A stretch of DNA of 64,000 nt from positions 480,001-544,000 of the forward strand of contig OY970065.1 in the NCBI GenBank assembly GCA_963705295.1, in the 5' to 3' direction. A program made the translations under genes and the position numbers. Below the pieces are notes generated by a model. It ran no database searches. It saw only the letters and a program-made list of their open reading frames with translations, and was not told the DNA's origin. Origin of the DNA: Parachlamydiales bacterium. Its GTDB lineage: Bacteria; Chlamydiota; Chlamydiia; Chlamydiales; Rhabdochlamydiaceae. Shown here piece after piece: positions 17,086-27,586 of the stretch. Position 1 is the stretch's first letter. Each line of letters starts with the position of its first letter.

Positions 17086-18000
17086 AATTTCACCTAGCAA
17101 GAGAAGATCGGGATCATTCGAATCAATCGGTCTATCAAGAGGAATATCTTGACGTTTTGTGAACCGAGCTTGCAACTGCTCTTCATCGTCATCTTTTTCA
17201 ACAAAATGACAATAATCCGCGACAATCGCCAAAAGTTCTTGGAAATCTTCTTCTGTTTCGAGATAGTCTACACTCAGTTGGCATGTTTTTTGAAACAAAA
17301 TGGGATCGGCATGATGGACCAAAAAAGCCGCCATTTCTAATATGAGATCGAGATCAGGAGCTTCTTCGAGTTTTTTCAATAGCTCGGTGAAAGCAATATT
17401 TCCTTCATGGGAATCAATCTCGATTAAAAGCCGGGCCTGGAGAAAATCAAACCAAATCGGATCAGAAATAAACGGATAAAAACTCTTAATCAACTCCGAA
17501 TGAGCATCGAGTTGATCAGAAATGTAATCGAAAAGAAACGGTTCTAGATCGTGACCGACATGTGCACAAATTGTTAAAAAAGCAGCTTTAGGATCTTGAT
17601 CAGATTCTTCTAAGATTTCTATGATTCGTTCCAAAATATTGGAAATATTTTTATCCTCGGACGGATAAAAGTGGATCCGATAGTCGAGCTCATCACAGAC
17701 AATAGAAAGGGTCTCTTTTTCAGGAAGGAGACGTCTCCAAAGTTCAAAAAGGATCAGGTAAATGGGGCCTTTATTTTCATCTTGTGGACATACACTCTGC
17801 GTGAGCTCTTCTGGGCTATGACTGGTTTCGGCTAGTAAAAGAAAATTTTCTTCCGAAAGGGGAAGTCCCAATTCGTTCAGTCGTTCAAAAAGGGTGGCCG
17901 ACGATAATTCTCGGTAATCTTCGACTTCCCATGGAGCGGTAACCTTTTCTGGATGAAGAGATAACCAATTATAATAAGCTTTTGTAAATATCGGACGCAT
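17056..18000 (-). CDS. Conserved chlamydial hypothetical protein (acidic, helical)
   Basis: 314-aa ORF. WEVEDYR..S...LFERL and YL.LFELWRRL.PE resemble, from memory, a chlamydial family found next to pseudopilin genes. Confidence 0.6.
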   Translation of the reverse strand: MRPIFTKAYYNWLSLHPEKVTAPWEVEDYRELSSATLFERLNELGLPLSEENFLLLAETSHSPEELTQSVCPQDENKGPIYLILFELWRRLLPEKETLSIVCDELDYRIHFYPSEDKNISNILERIIEILEESDQDPKAAFLTICAHVGHDLEPFLFDYISDQLDAHSELIKSFYPFISDPIWFDFLQARLLIEIDSHEGNIAFTELLKKLEEAPDLDLILEMAAFLVHHADPILFQKTCQLSVDYLETEEDFQELLAIVADYCHFVEKDDDEEQLQARFTKRQDIPLDRPIDSNDPDLLLLGEILKNAEWFKI

Positions 18001-18057
18001 AGCACAAAATTTTATCTAAAGATGAAAAATAAGTAAACTTATAGCAATAATAGGAGA

Positions 18058-18441
18058 ATGTCTAGAAAACGCCCCTTTTTCCTTTTAGAAATTATCATTG
18101 CCATCGCCCTCATAACCATGTTCTCTGGATATTTTCTCCGCTCCTCTTTGATCTATTTAAAAAAAGAACGAACCGTCCTGCTAGATCTCGAGTTTGAAAG
18201 GCTCCGCCAATTGCACCGTATGCACGTGATCCAAACCTGTTGGCAAACTATTGAAACCATGAAACCAGGGGAAAAACACCCCCATAATAAACAGGTCGAA
18301 CTGACTGTGGACAAAAAAACTTATCAACGCTCTTTTACCATGACAGCCCATCTCAGCGAATCAAAAAACAAATACTACGATCTCATCCTCGATGACGGAA
18401 AGGATTACCACTTTTTCATCGAAAAATCAAAATCCCCCTGA
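18058..18441 (+). CDS. Pseudopilin-like protein (type II secretion/type IV prepilin-type N-terminus)
   Basis: KRPFFLLEIIIAIALI: basic leader, F.LLE motif, hydrophobic helix. Confidence 0.6.
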   Translation: MSRKRPFFLLEIIIAIALITMFSGYFLRSSLIYLKKERTVLLDLEFERLRQLHRMHVIQTCWQTIETMKPGEKHPHNKQVELTVDKKTYQRSFTMTAHLSESKNKYYDLILDDGKDYHFFIEKSKSP

Positions 18442-18450
18442 AAAATTTCT

Positions 18451-18582
18451 TATCCTGCATATCCTGCCGCCGAAGGCGATCCTTCATATCTTGTTCTCCT
18501 AGAAATGAACAAGATCAGTTACTATTTTTTGAGAGATAACAGGATAAACAGGATCGCCTTCGGCGGCAGGATATGCAGGATA
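18451..18582. repeat. REP-like palindromic element (family B)
   Basis: Perfect 33-bp inverted repeat TATCCTGCATATCCTGCCGCCGAAGGCGATCCT (18451-18483 / 18550-18582) between convergent genes. Confidence 0.85.
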
Positions 18583-18972
18583 TTAGGAAAGATAAAAGGA
18601 TCTTTTGTATTCCAGTTTTCTTTTGCCAAAGTTAACTAACAAACCTATTTGAATATTTGTCACTTTTAGATAGTTAATCAATTGAGCTTGGTGTTCAGGT
18701 AATAAATATTCGCAACATTTAAGCTCAATAATTACTTTTTCATCAACAATAAGATCGGGAATAAATAAGCCTACTCTTTGATTTTTGAAAAGGACTTCAA
18801 AAACTTTGTCGGTAGAAACTTTTAATCCTTGTTCAATCAATGAGATAATGAGAGAGTTTTTATAGACAGACTCCAAAAATCCAGAACCGAGGGCATTCAT
18901 TACTTCGAAACAGCACTTCAAAATATTTTCTGTTAAATCACAATGTAATAATTGTTCTGTGCGGTCATGCAT
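18583..18972 (-). CDS. GxxExxY protein (PD-(D/E)XK-like fold)
   Basis: LGSGFLESVY, PDLIVDEKVIIELK, HQAQLINYLK, GLLVNFG. Confidence 0.92.
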   Translation of the reverse strand: MHDRTEQLLHCDLTENILKCCFEVMNALGSGFLESVYKNSLIISLIEQGLKVSTDKVFEVLFKNQRVGLFIPDLIVDEKVIIELKCCEYLLPEHQAQLINYLKVTNIQIGLLVNFGKRKLEYKRSFYLS

Positions 18973-19706
18973 TAGAGACCCAGGAAAGATAGATCGCCGT
19001 GGGCTTTTTCTAGGTGTTCGGGGAGGTCGATGCCGAAGCCATCGTAATGGGTGGTATGGACTTTGATTTTGAGGCCGTGGTAGAGGAAGTTGAGTTGTTC
19101 GAGCTGCTCTGCGTCGGAAATGAAGGAGAGGGGTAGAGAGACCAGTTTGAGAAGAAATGCGCGGGTGTAGGCATAGATTCCGATGTGTTTGTAGTAGATT
19201 TTTTCTTGAAGATCTCGGTGGTAAGGGATGGGTGATCGGGAGAAAAAGAGGGCGTTGTCACGGGAGTCTGTGACGACTTTGGCGATGTGAGGGGAGGTGA
19301 TTTCTTCTTGTTTTTGGATTCTTTTTTTAAGGGTCCAGGCTTCGGCATTGTCTTCGTCGATTGTTTTTAAGAGCTCTTCGATCATCTTCTCGTGAAGAAA
19401 AGGTTCATCCCCTTGCCAACAGACAAAAACATCTCCGTCGATGGCATCTCTTTGGACCAGTTCGGATAGCCGCATGGTGCCGGAAGGACAAGACTCCGAA
19501 GTCATGAGATACGATCCACCAAATGTATCGACAACGGAGGCTGTTTCTTCCGAGTCGACAGCGATGGTGACCGAGTCGAATAAAGAGACCGATTGAGCGG
19601 CCTCCCAGACCCATTGGATGAGGGGTTTATTGTGCAGCATGGCAAGAATTTTTCGGGGAAAGCGGGTCGATTTAAGGCGTGCGGGTATGACACATGAAAT
19701 CTTCAT
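18972..19706 (-). CDS. kdsB: 3-deoxy-manno-octulosonate cytidylyltransferase
   Basis: IPARLKSTRFPRK, QGDEP, FSRSPIP, HIGIYAY, EQLEQL. Confidence 0.95.
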   Translation of the reverse strand: MKISCVIPARLKSTRFPRKILAMLHNKPLIQWVWEAAQSVSLFDSVTIAVDSEETASVVDTFGGSYLMTSESCPSGTMRLSELVQRDAIDGDVFVCWQGDEPFLHEKMIEELLKTIDEDNAEAWTLKKRIQKQEEITSPHIAKVVTDSRDNALFFSRSPIPYHRDLQEKIYYKHIGIYAYTRAFLLKLVSLPLSFISDAEQLEQLNFLYHGLKIKVHTTHYDGFGIDLPEHLEKAHGDLSFLGL

Positions 19707-20652
19707 AATAGTGCTCGATTGTTTTTTTTAGACCTTGTTGCAGGTCGTGTTTGGGGTTCCATCCTAAGCTTTTGATTTTAGTGCAATCGATGGCATAACG
19801 GAGGTCGTGGCCTGGTCTATCGGGAACAAAAGTGATGACCGGTTTTTTGTCTAAATAGGGTGCAAGCGTGTTGATGATGAGATGGAGAAGATCGATATTG
19901 CGGAGTTCTGTTTGTCCGCCGATGTCGTAGACTTCTCCTGAAATACCTTTTTCCAAAATCAGCCAAAGGGCATCGGCATGATCTTCGACATAGAGCCAGT
20001 CGCGGATATTGAGGCCTTGCCCATAGACGGGTAGGGGTTTGCCGTGGATACAGTTTGTCACCATGAGGGGAATAAATTTTTCGACATTCTGGTAAGGCCC
20101 ATAGTTGTTGCTGGAGTGGGACAAAGTTGTGGATAAATTGTACGTATGACCCCAGGCACGGACTAAATGGTCAGAAGCAGCCTTCGAGGCGGCGTAAGGC
20201 GAATTGGGCAGGTAGTTGGATTGTTCATTGAAGTACCCCTTTTCAATCGATCCGTAAACCTCATCTGTTGAAATGTGATGGAAATGGATCTGAGGCATAC
20301 TGCGCACGACTTCTAAGAGTTGAAAGGTTCCCAAGATATTTGTCTCAATAAATTGGTGCGGGTGTTGGATACTCCTGTCGACATGGCTTTCAGCTGCAAA
20401 ATGGACAATGGCTTCGATCCGATGATCTTGACATAAGTTTTTTACAAGAGATGTATCGGAGATATTTCCTTGAACAAAAATATGGCGCGGATCTTTGAGA
20501 AAATCAGCCATGTTTTTTTCATGTCCCGCATAGGTGAGAAGATCCAGATTGATAACGGTTTCGATTTCTGGGAAGCAGCGGAGTCCATACCGGATGAAAG
20601 CGGAACCAATGAATCCGGCTCCTCCTGTGACTAAGATTTTTTTAAACCGCAT
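19672..20652 (-). CDS. rfbB: dTDP-glucose 4,6-dehydratase
   Basis: TGGAGFIG, HFAAESHVDRSI, ISTDEVYG, YAASK, DRPGHDLRY. Confidence 0.96.
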   Translation of the reverse strand: MRFKKILVTGGAGFIGSAFIRYGLRCFPEIETVINLDLLTYAGHEKNMADFLKDPRHIFVQGNISDTSLVKNLCQDHRIEAIVHFAAESHVDRSIQHPHQFIETNILGTFQLLEVVRSMPQIHFHHISTDEVYGSIEKGYFNEQSNYLPNSPYAASKAASDHLVRAWGHTYNLSTTLSHSSNNYGPYQNVEKFIPLMVTNCIHGKPLPVYGQGLNIRDWLYVEDHADALWLILEKGISGEVYDIGGQTELRNIDLLHLIINTLAPYLDKKPVITFVPDRPGHDLRYAIDCTKIKSLGWNPKHDLQQGLKKTIEHYYEDFMCHTRTP

Positions 20653-21502
20653 GAAAAAAATCCTCTAGAGCAAGTTCCCAGGGACGTGCCTGAAATCCTA
20701 AAAGGGCTTCAATCTTAGATGTATCTAGAGCAGAGTAAGCGGGCCTCTTGGCACCTTGAGAGAAACTGGAAGCGGTTATGGGAATCACTTCACGGCATCT
20801 GACAGGGAAGCCTGCAAGGTGAGCCATCTCAACGAGTTTTTGGGCCATCTCGAATCGAGAAGTCTCACCTCGGTTCGCAAAATGAAAAATTCCTGAATGA
20901 CAGAGGAGTGAAAGAATGGCTTTGGCTAAATCATCGACATAGGTAGGTCGGTTTTTTTGGTCACTGACAACAGAAATTTTTTCCTCGTGCTGAATTTTTT
21001 CCAAAAGGTACGAGAGAAAATTTTTGCCGCCTTTCCCAAAAATCCACGATGTTCTCAATACGCATCCGCTGGGATAGACATCTAAAAGCCGTTTTTCACC
21101 TTCGTGTTTTGTTTTCGCATAGATGCTTAAGGGTTGGCAGGCATCGGTTTCTTGAAACGGCCGAGATCCATCGGGTCCGAAAACATAATCGGATGACAAA
21201 TGGAGAAGTTTGAGATCAAAATGGTGAGCGACAATGGCTAAATTTTCAGGTCCAATTGCATTCACAAGGTGGGCTTTTTCTGGCTCATGTTCTGCCTGAT
21301 CCACCTGGGTGTAGGCAGCGCAATTGATGATATGGGTGATATTTTTTGCTGCGTGTGTGTGGAGAAAATTTCGGATTTGATGGGGCGAGGCGATATCGAC
21401 GACGTCATGCGAGGTGGAGACATGGTCGATCCCCTGTCGGAGACATTCTCTTTGAACTGCTGCAGCGACGAGTCCTTTAGATCCTGTGATCCACAGTTTC
21501 AT
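20642..21502 (-). CDS. rfbD: dTDP-4-dehydrorhamnose reductase
   Basis: NCAAYTQVDQAE, SSDYVF, YAKTK, RPAYSALD. Confidence 0.94.
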   Translation of the reverse strand: MKLWITGSKGLVAAAVQRECLRQGIDHVSTSHDVVDIASPHQIRNFLHTHAAKNITHIINCAAYTQVDQAEHEPEKAHLVNAIGPENLAIVAHHFDLKLLHLSSDYVFGPDGSRPFQETDACQPLSIYAKTKHEGEKRLLDVYPSGCVLRTSWIFGKGGKNFLSYLLEKIQHEEKISVVSDQKNRPTYVDDLAKAILSLLCHSGIFHFANRGETSRFEMAQKLVEMAHLAGFPVRCREVIPITASSFSQGAKRPAYSALDTSKIEALLGFQARPWELALEDFFHAV

Positions 21503-22029
21503 AAGTTTTTAAAAAAAGGGGAGTTTTGATCGCGTGCTGAAATCACTGGTTTATCAACAGGCCACGAGATTTTTATCTCGGGGTCATCAAAACGGAACGT
21601 TCGTTCGGTTTGAGGATTATAAGAACTGCTGACCTTGTAAAGAACATGCGCTCCTTCATCGCTGATAACGGAGAACCCATGGGCAAAACCGATCGGAATG
21701 TAAAGTTGCTCATGTTTCGTAGCATCGAGATAGACCCCTTCCCATTTCCCAAAATAAGGAGAATCGGGCCTGATATCGACCGCTACATCGAAAATTTTTC
21801 CTTGCATGACCGAAACCAGCTTGGCTTGACCCGGATCTGTTTGAAAGTGCATTCCGCGGATCACATTTTTTTTTGAAAAAGAGATGTTGTCCTGGACAAA
21901 CTCACAAGGGATGCCGTAATCGACATACCGCGATTTTTGGTAACATTCCTTGAAAAACCCCCGATCGTCATCGGAGACATTGATCCGGATGAGTTTTAGG
22001 CCGGGAAGTGAAAGATCCTCTATTTCCAT
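21499..22029 (-). CDS. rfbC: dTDP-4-dehydrorhamnose 3,5-epimerase
   Basis: DDRGFF, QDNISFS, RGMHFQ, DVAVDIR, GFAHGF. Confidence 0.95.
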   Translation of the reverse strand: MEIEDLSLPGLKLIRINVSDDDRGFFKECYQKSRYVDYGIPCEFVQDNISFSKKNVIRGMHFQTDPGQAKLVSVMQGKIFDVAVDIRPDSPYFGKWEGVYLDATKHEQLYIPIGFAHGFSVISDEGAHVLYKVSSSYNPQTERTFRFDDPEIKISWPVDKPVISARDQNSPFFKNL

Positions 22030-22108
22030 GAAATTATTAACAGTGTAGTTAACAATTGCATTTTTTTGAATGAAGATTTACCATATTTATCTTATTTTGG
22101 AGATTTTC

Positions 22109-23314
22109 ATGCAAGTCATCCGTAATTTAGGACATGTTGTGGGAGGAACTCTCCTGATTGCTGCCACCATGATAGGGGTGGGGATGTTGGGACTTCCGAT
22201 CGCGACAGGACCAGGTGGGTTTTTACCGGCAACCTTTATCTATCTCATCACTTGGTTTTTCATGCTCTGCACGGGACTCCTTCTTTTAGAAGTATGTGCC
22301 TGGATGCCTCCCGATGCCAACCTGATTACCATGACACATAGGCTTCTTGGACCCGTGGGTAAAGCGATTTGCTGGGCGGTCTATTTATTTCTTTTCTTTA
22401 CGGCCATGATCGCTCACGTTTCAGTGGGTGGAAGCACCCTTACAGATCTCCTAAATTCGAGCTTTGGCACTAATTTGCCTCAGGAAATGGCGATGGTGAT
22501 TTATGTCCTCATTTTTTCACCCATTGTCTATCTCGGGACTCGTTCGGTGGATCGGTTCAATCTTGTGATGATGACCGGTATCTTAATAACCTATCTCCTT
22601 TTTATCATTGCCGCTGCTTCAAAGGTCCAACCAAAGCTTTTAACGTTTGTCAATTGGAGTCAAGCATGGCCAGCCTTGCCTGTCTTGTTCACCGCTTTTA
22701 CCTATCAGTTGATCATTCCGACGATGATGACATACATGAATAGGGATGTCAAAAAAGTCAGGCTTTCGATCATTTTGGGAAGTTCCATTCCTTTAGTCGT
22801 TTATCTGATCTGGGAGATGCTCATTTTGGGAATCATTCCCGTCGACAAACTGATTGTGGCTAAACTCCAAGGTCAATCGGCTGTGATGCCTCTCAAAGAA
22901 TTATTAATGAGCCCTTGGATTTTTACCGTTGGAAGTTATTTTGCCTTTTTTGTCTTGACCACCTCTTACATCGCCCTTTCCTTAGCATTTCTTGACTTCT
23001 TAGCCGACGGTCTTAAAGTGAAAAAAGAAGGGATGAAAAAAGTAGCACTTTGTCTTGCCATCTTCGTTCCACCGACCATCATTGCGCTGATTTATCCAGG
23101 CATTTTTATCACAGCACTCGAGTATGCTGGCGGTATCAGCTGCGCGCTTCTTTTTGGACTGCTCCCTCCTGTCATGGCCTGGGTCGGAAGATATATCAAA
23201 AAGTATGAATACCATGCTCAGATACCCGGTGGTAAGTTATCTTTGAGCATTCTGATGCTCTTTGTTTTCTGTGAACTCTTTTTACAAGTCATGAATCAAG
23301 TGCATAAATTGTAA
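22109..23314 (+). CDS. tyrP: Aromatic amino acid permease (TyrP/Mtr family)
   Basis: GGTLLIAATMIGVGMLGLP, TGLLLLEV, about 11 TM segments; GGAG RBS before ATG 22109. Confidence 0.85.
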   Translation: MQVIRNLGHVVGGTLLIAATMIGVGMLGLPIATGPGGFLPATFIYLITWFFMLCTGLLLLEVCAWMPPDANLITMTHRLLGPVGKAICWAVYLFLFFTAMIAHVSVGGSTLTDLLNSSFGTNLPQEMAMVIYVLIFSPIVYLGTRSVDRFNLVMMTGILITYLLFIIAAASKVQPKLLTFVNWSQAWPALPVLFTAFTYQLIIPTMMTYMNRDVKKVRLSIILGSSIPLVVYLIWEMLILGIIPVDKLIVAKLQGQSAVMPLKELLMSPWIFTVGSYFAFFVLTTSYIALSLAFLDFLADGLKVKKEGMKKVALCLAIFVPPTIIALIYPGIFITALEYAGGISCALLFGLLPPVMAWVGRYIKKYEYHAQIPGGKLSLSILMLFVFCELFLQVMNQVHKL

Positions 23315-24256
23315 ATGAACGAAAAAACAATTTTAGTGACGGGTGGTGCGGGTTTTCTCGGTTCGCATCTATGTGAGAAACTTCTTGCACGGGGTCACCG
23401 GGTTGTTTGTCTCGATAATTTCTTCACCGGATCGAAAGAAAATATTGCCCCTTTTTTAAAAAATTCTTTATTTAGTCTGATCGATCACGATGTCTGTAAT
23501 CCATTTCACATGAAAGTCGATGAGATTTATAATCTCGCGTGTCCTGCATCTCCGATCCATTATCAATCCGATCCTGTCCGAACGACGAAAACCGGAGTTT
23601 TGGGTGCGATCAACATGCTCAGCCTGGCGCACGCAAATCAAGCGAAAATCTTGCAAGCTTCGACGAGCGAAGTTTATGGTGACCCACAGGTCCACCCGCA
23701 ACATGAAGGGTATTGGGGAAATGTCAATCCTATCGGGAGAAGATCGTGCTACGATGAGAGTAAACGGCTTGCTGAAACGTTATTCATGGACTACTTCTGG
23801 CAACATAATCTTCCGATCAAATTGGCCCGTATTTTCAATACGTATGGTCCCAACATGCACCCAGAAGATGGAAGGGTTGTTTCCAATTTCATTGTACAAG
23901 CTCTTCAAGGCAAACCTTTGACGATCTATGGGGATGGAAGCCAGACCCGATCTTTCTGCTATGTCGATGATTTAGTGGACGGGTTGATGACCCTCATGTC
24001 GACCGATCTCGCCATTACGGGCCCCATCAATTTTGGAAATCCTTCCGAATTCCGGATTCTCGAGCTTGCTGAGCTGGTATTAAAAATGACCGGTTCTTCC
24101 TCGAAGATTATTTTTCATCCACTCCCCTTGGATGATCCGAAGCAACGAAAACCCGATATTACTTTGGCCAGAAATACCCTTGCATGGGCGCCCAAGATTT
24201 CTCTTGAAGAGGGACTCTCCTCGACGATAGCTTATTTTAAGAAAATTATTCTTTAA
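23315..24256 (+). CDS. UDP-glucuronate decarboxylase (UDP-xylose synthase family)
   Basis: [42 protein letters not shown]. Confidence 0.92.
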   Translation: MNEKTILVTGGAGFLGSHLCEKLLARGHRVVCLDNFFTGSKENIAPFLKNSLFSLIDHDVCNPFHMKVDEIYNLACPASPIHYQSDPVRTTKTGVLGAINMLSLAHANQAKILQASTSEVYGDPQVHPQHEGYWGNVNPIGRRSCYDESKRLAETLFMDYFWQHNLPIKLARIFNTYGPNMHPEDGRVVSNFIVQALQGKPLTIYGDGSQTRSFCYVDDLVDGLMTLMSTDLAITGPINFGNPSEFRILELAELVLKMTGSSSKIIFHPLPLDDPKQRKPDITLARNTLAWAPKISLEEGLSSTIAYFKKIIL

Positions 24257-27137
24257 CCTTTTCTTTTCCTTTACCACTTCCCATTCGGACAAGTTCATTC
24301 AGGCGGCTTTCGGCCATCTCCGATATCCCTTGAACAATTTTAACCAGCTGGTGGTGGAGAGAAATAACAGGGTGCTGCGGGGCAGGCGATTGTTTGGTTT
24401 TCTTTTTAACAAGGGTAAAACCACGTATCTCATCCATCGCTTCTTGATCGACTCTTTTTCCGTGGGCGGCTAGTTCAATAGCCTGCATACGCCAAGCAAT
24501 ACCGGAAGGGTTTTGTCCTGTAGCGTGTCGAAACCGATCAGGATATTGAGCTCCGTAGCCGATATTCAACTCGGCGACGACCCTTTGATGTTCAGGAGTC
24601 TCTTGGTGGTCTCTGGAGGCTCTATAATCTTCTAAATTGTGGATCATTCTGAGTTGTCCAAACCTCTGAGCATGGAGAAGTTTCTCGATATGCTCATCTA
24701 AAAATTGAGCCAAGGTTAAAATATTGTCGCCGAGTGCAGAAAGGTTTTTTGTCTCTGGAGATTCGATGAGACATTCTAGAGCTTGCTTGAGGAGTTTTAA
24801 GGTATAGAGAATGTCACCGCATATCGCTGCTTTAACAGGATCCATCGACACTGTCGTCATCAACTTTTCCGCTTTACTGAGGCATCTTTCCAAAATAGAA
24901 ATAGGAGTTTCTAGGGAGTCTCTAAAAAAGGGTGTGAAAGGATGGACCGCCGTTTCTTTTGGTCTCCCCTGAAAATACGAAGTGGTGTCGCCGGAAGGAA
25001 ACTGTGGCAGTAAGATTTTTAGACACGAAAATGTACTATCCATCAGCTTAATAAGATCTCTGAATTCCACTTTCTCCGATAAAAGCCACTGAAGAGCTAA
25101 AGGCACGGGAAATTGATGTTCGCTTAAGAAAAGTTGACTGGTAAATGGGTATCGATGGAATACGGTGCCATAACGGACCGCCTCCAAAACATCTGCCGGT
25201 TTATTGATTTGGCGAGCCATTTCTACGTGATCATGACTAAATTCATCTGTCTTTAAACAGGAAGTGATCGCTTGTTCGGTCATGATACAGCACGGCTTGA
25301 CAGTCGCGTAGGTGAGATAAGGGAGAAACCGTGTATTTTCTTCTCGGATAGCTTTTCTCAAAAGATGGGCGGAAGACAATAAAATCGCATGATGGTGGGC
25401 CACATGTTTCAAGCTATCCGCAGCAAATTCTGTCGGAGCCTTGAGGGTAGAAATAAAAAGCCTCTGAAGATGGAATGGATGACTCGGCTTCATCTTCTCT
25501 TCTTGAGGAGGAAGAGGTTGAGGAGCGGGTAGATCCTCTTCTTTAAATGTTAAATCGAACTTGATAGAAGGTTGCCGTCTTTTTTTGGGTGGATGAAAAA
25601 GGGTGGTGAAAGCAGAAGAAGGTGGAGAAGTATCTTTAATCTCTTCCAGTTTTAATGTCTTTAGAACAGTCTCTAGAACGGTGAGTCCTTGGTAAAAAGA
25701 TTGGAGAAGAACGGAAAGCTGGAAAACCAGTCGATAGCTTAAGAGAATTCCCTTTTCCAATTCTTCCATGCTCTCGCGACGCTGGGCACTTTTTTTCAGT
25801 TTTTCAAACTCCGCTCTACTATGGACCCGGGATTTTTGTTTTGCTTCTTCTAAACGCTTTAACTCCTCTATTAATCTCCGTTGCTGAAAAGCCAATTGTT
25901 GAAAACTATCAGCGAGTTTTGATGAATTTGCAAGCATTTCCAAGCTATCTTCCAAACTCCTTGTCTTAGCTCCGTCCCCAAGGACCATTTTCATTAGATT
26001 GCCACCGAGAGAGAGATTTCCAAGCAGTGCTTCTTTCTCTTCTGTAGGAGAATGTGTTTGATCAAAAATGGGGGGCTTTTCCTCTTGCTGAATCCGCTCA
26101 GTCTGCTCTTTCGATAAACATGAAGAAAATAAATCTAAACGGTCGTGGCATGATTGTTTTAAAAGAGTAATTTGTTTCTTTAAGAACGATAAATCGTCTA
26201 AAAATTGACGGATTGCAGAAAACAATACGGGGGAAGTATCTCCCATGAGCTCCATAATCCATTCAAATTGCTCATGAAAAATTCTCTTCCTTGCTTGATA
26301 GACACGGAGCAATCGTTCCATCCGCTCGAAGAACAGTTTATTATCATGAAAGGTTTCTCGAACCGGATCAGGACACCTTTCACTTTTTGCTGCTTTGCAT
26401 AGTGCTGCTAATTCTTTTCTCTTTGTAGAGGGGTGGAACTCTTTTTGAATACCCATCATCTCGACATCCATCACAGCAAGTGTTTGGTCCATAAAAAGTT
26501 GGAAATGCCGGATAAAATAAGGACAGTTTTCAGAAGGTGGTTTTTCTTTGGCCTCCAGCTTTCCTAGAGCTTGAGCAAAGGTTTTCCCGTTAAATTCAGG
26601 TCCTGACATGAAGAATTTTAGTGCCTGCTTGAGACTCTCTGCATGAGGCTCCTTTAAAATGGGAGCCACTTGAGGAAATCGACTCTCAAGGTGTTTGAGC
26701 AAGGCTTGAAACCGTTTTCCATTGTCAGCCCTAAATGCATCGAGGGTTAGGTAGTCTAAAAAACCTGCAAAAATTTTGATGCTTTCATGAGGTAGGTGGC
26801 ATTTCTTTTCTAAATCAGAAAAGAAGGCGATCGTGAAGCATAAAATCGCATCGCGGATCTGCATATTTTCGAGATCAGGATGGGCCGCTTCTTTCAACGC
26901 AGACCACGTCGTTTCCCGTGGGGGTCTTAGATTTTGAAGCATCAGCCCAATCAACGATCTCCGGACTTCTTCTTTTTTGGTCTGGGTGGCGAAATCTCCT
27001 TCGGTCAAAACGGGAAGTTGGATCGTACCCGTCGGGTCGACGGCTTCTTGGATAGCTCCCCGTAAAGAAGGATCGGTCATCAATCCCTTCAATAAATCGG
27101 TAAATACATTAGTGCCTAGTTTTATTGGTGGGCTCAT
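24246..27137 (-). CDS. Large hypothetical helical/coiled-coil protein, possible effector
   Basis: 963-aa ORF with no recognised domain. It has a coiled-coil segment ([18 protein letters not shown]) and a Pro-rich linker containing PPKKRR. Confidence 0.6.
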   Translation of the reverse strand: MSPPIKLGTNVFTDLLKGLMTDPSLRGAIQEAVDPTGTIQLPVLTEGDFATQTKKEEVRRSLIGLMLQNLRPPRETTWSALKEAAHPDLENMQIRDAILCFTIAFFSDLEKKCHLPHESIKIFAGFLDYLTLDAFRADNGKRFQALLKHLESRFPQVAPILKEPHAESLKQALKFFMSGPEFNGKTFAQALGKLEAKEKPPSENCPYFIRHFQLFMDQTLAVMDVEMMGIQKEFHPSTKRKELAALCKAAKSERCPDPVRETFHDNKLFFERMERLLRVYQARKRIFHEQFEWIMELMGDTSPVLFSAIRQFLDDLSFLKKQITLLKQSCHDRLDLFSSCLSKEQTERIQQEEKPPIFDQTHSPTEEKEALLGNLSLGGNLMKMVLGDGAKTRSLEDSLEMLANSSKLADSFQQLAFQQRRLIEELKRLEEAKQKSRVHSRAEFEKLKKSAQRRESMEELEKGILLSYRLVFQLSVLLQSFYQGLTVLETVLKTLKLEEIKDTSPPSSAFTTLFHPPKKRRQPSIKFDLTFKEEDLPAPQPLPPQEEKMKPSHPFHLQRLFISTLKAPTEFAADSLKHVAHHHAILLSSAHLLRKAIREENTRFLPYLTYATVKPCCIMTEQAITSCLKTDEFSHDHVEMARQINKPADVLEAVRYGTVFHRYPFTSQLFLSEHQFPVPLALQWLLSEKVEFRDLIKLMDSTFSCLKILLPQFPSGDTTSYFQGRPKETAVHPFTPFFRDSLETPISILERCLSKAEKLMTTVSMDPVKAAICGDILYTLKLLKQALECLIESPETKNLSALGDNILTLAQFLDEHIEKLLHAQRFGQLRMIHNLEDYRASRDHQETPEHQRVVAELNIGYGAQYPDRFRHATGQNPSGIAWRMQAIELAAHGKRVDQEAMDEIRGFTLVKKKTKQSPAPQHPVISLHHQLVKIVQGISEMAESRLNELVRMGSGKGKEKVKE

Positions 27138-27274
27138 AAACGCTAACTATTTTACTTTATTAACCCGTTTAACTCCATTTAATGCTCAGGTAGCAATAAA
27201 AATATTGATTTATATTGGGCTCAGGCAGAAAATTGGTGCAATTACTTTAAGAATGACTAAAAAAAGGAGTTTTT

Positions 27275-27562
27275 ATGAGTGGATCAGTTCAACTTTCTGC
27301 AGATCGTCCTCAAGCCCATCCGTTGGTGGTCAATTTAACAAAACATTCTGCCTGGCTTGCCGATCTTAATATCAGTGACTTATCGATTGTCCCTGATGGA
27401 GACAAGTTTAATTTTAATTTTCGTGTTGACGGAAAGATAAGAACAGTCACTTTTAACGCTGACCTAAAGAGTGGCAAGTTGCGTTTCAAAAATGGTCAAC
27501 CGCACGAATGCGAAACTGTAGAAGAATTAATTCAGGAAATTTTCCACCATTGCAGAGCATAG
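27275..27562 (+). CDS. Small protein paralogous to the SH2-like protein at 10763, with an internal deletion
   Basis: AGGAG RBS. Aligns by eye: HSAWLADL/HPAWLGDM, GDKF/GDHF, NGQPH/NSYPH, LIQEIFH/FIPDIMH. Confidence 0.7.
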   Translation: MSGSVQLSADRPQAHPLVVNLTKHSAWLADLNISDLSIVPDGDKFNFNFRVDGKIRTVTFNADLKSGKLRFKNGQPHECETVEELIQEIFHHCRA

Positions 27563-27586
27563 TTTTTGTTGTCTGCGGAGGGGCAA

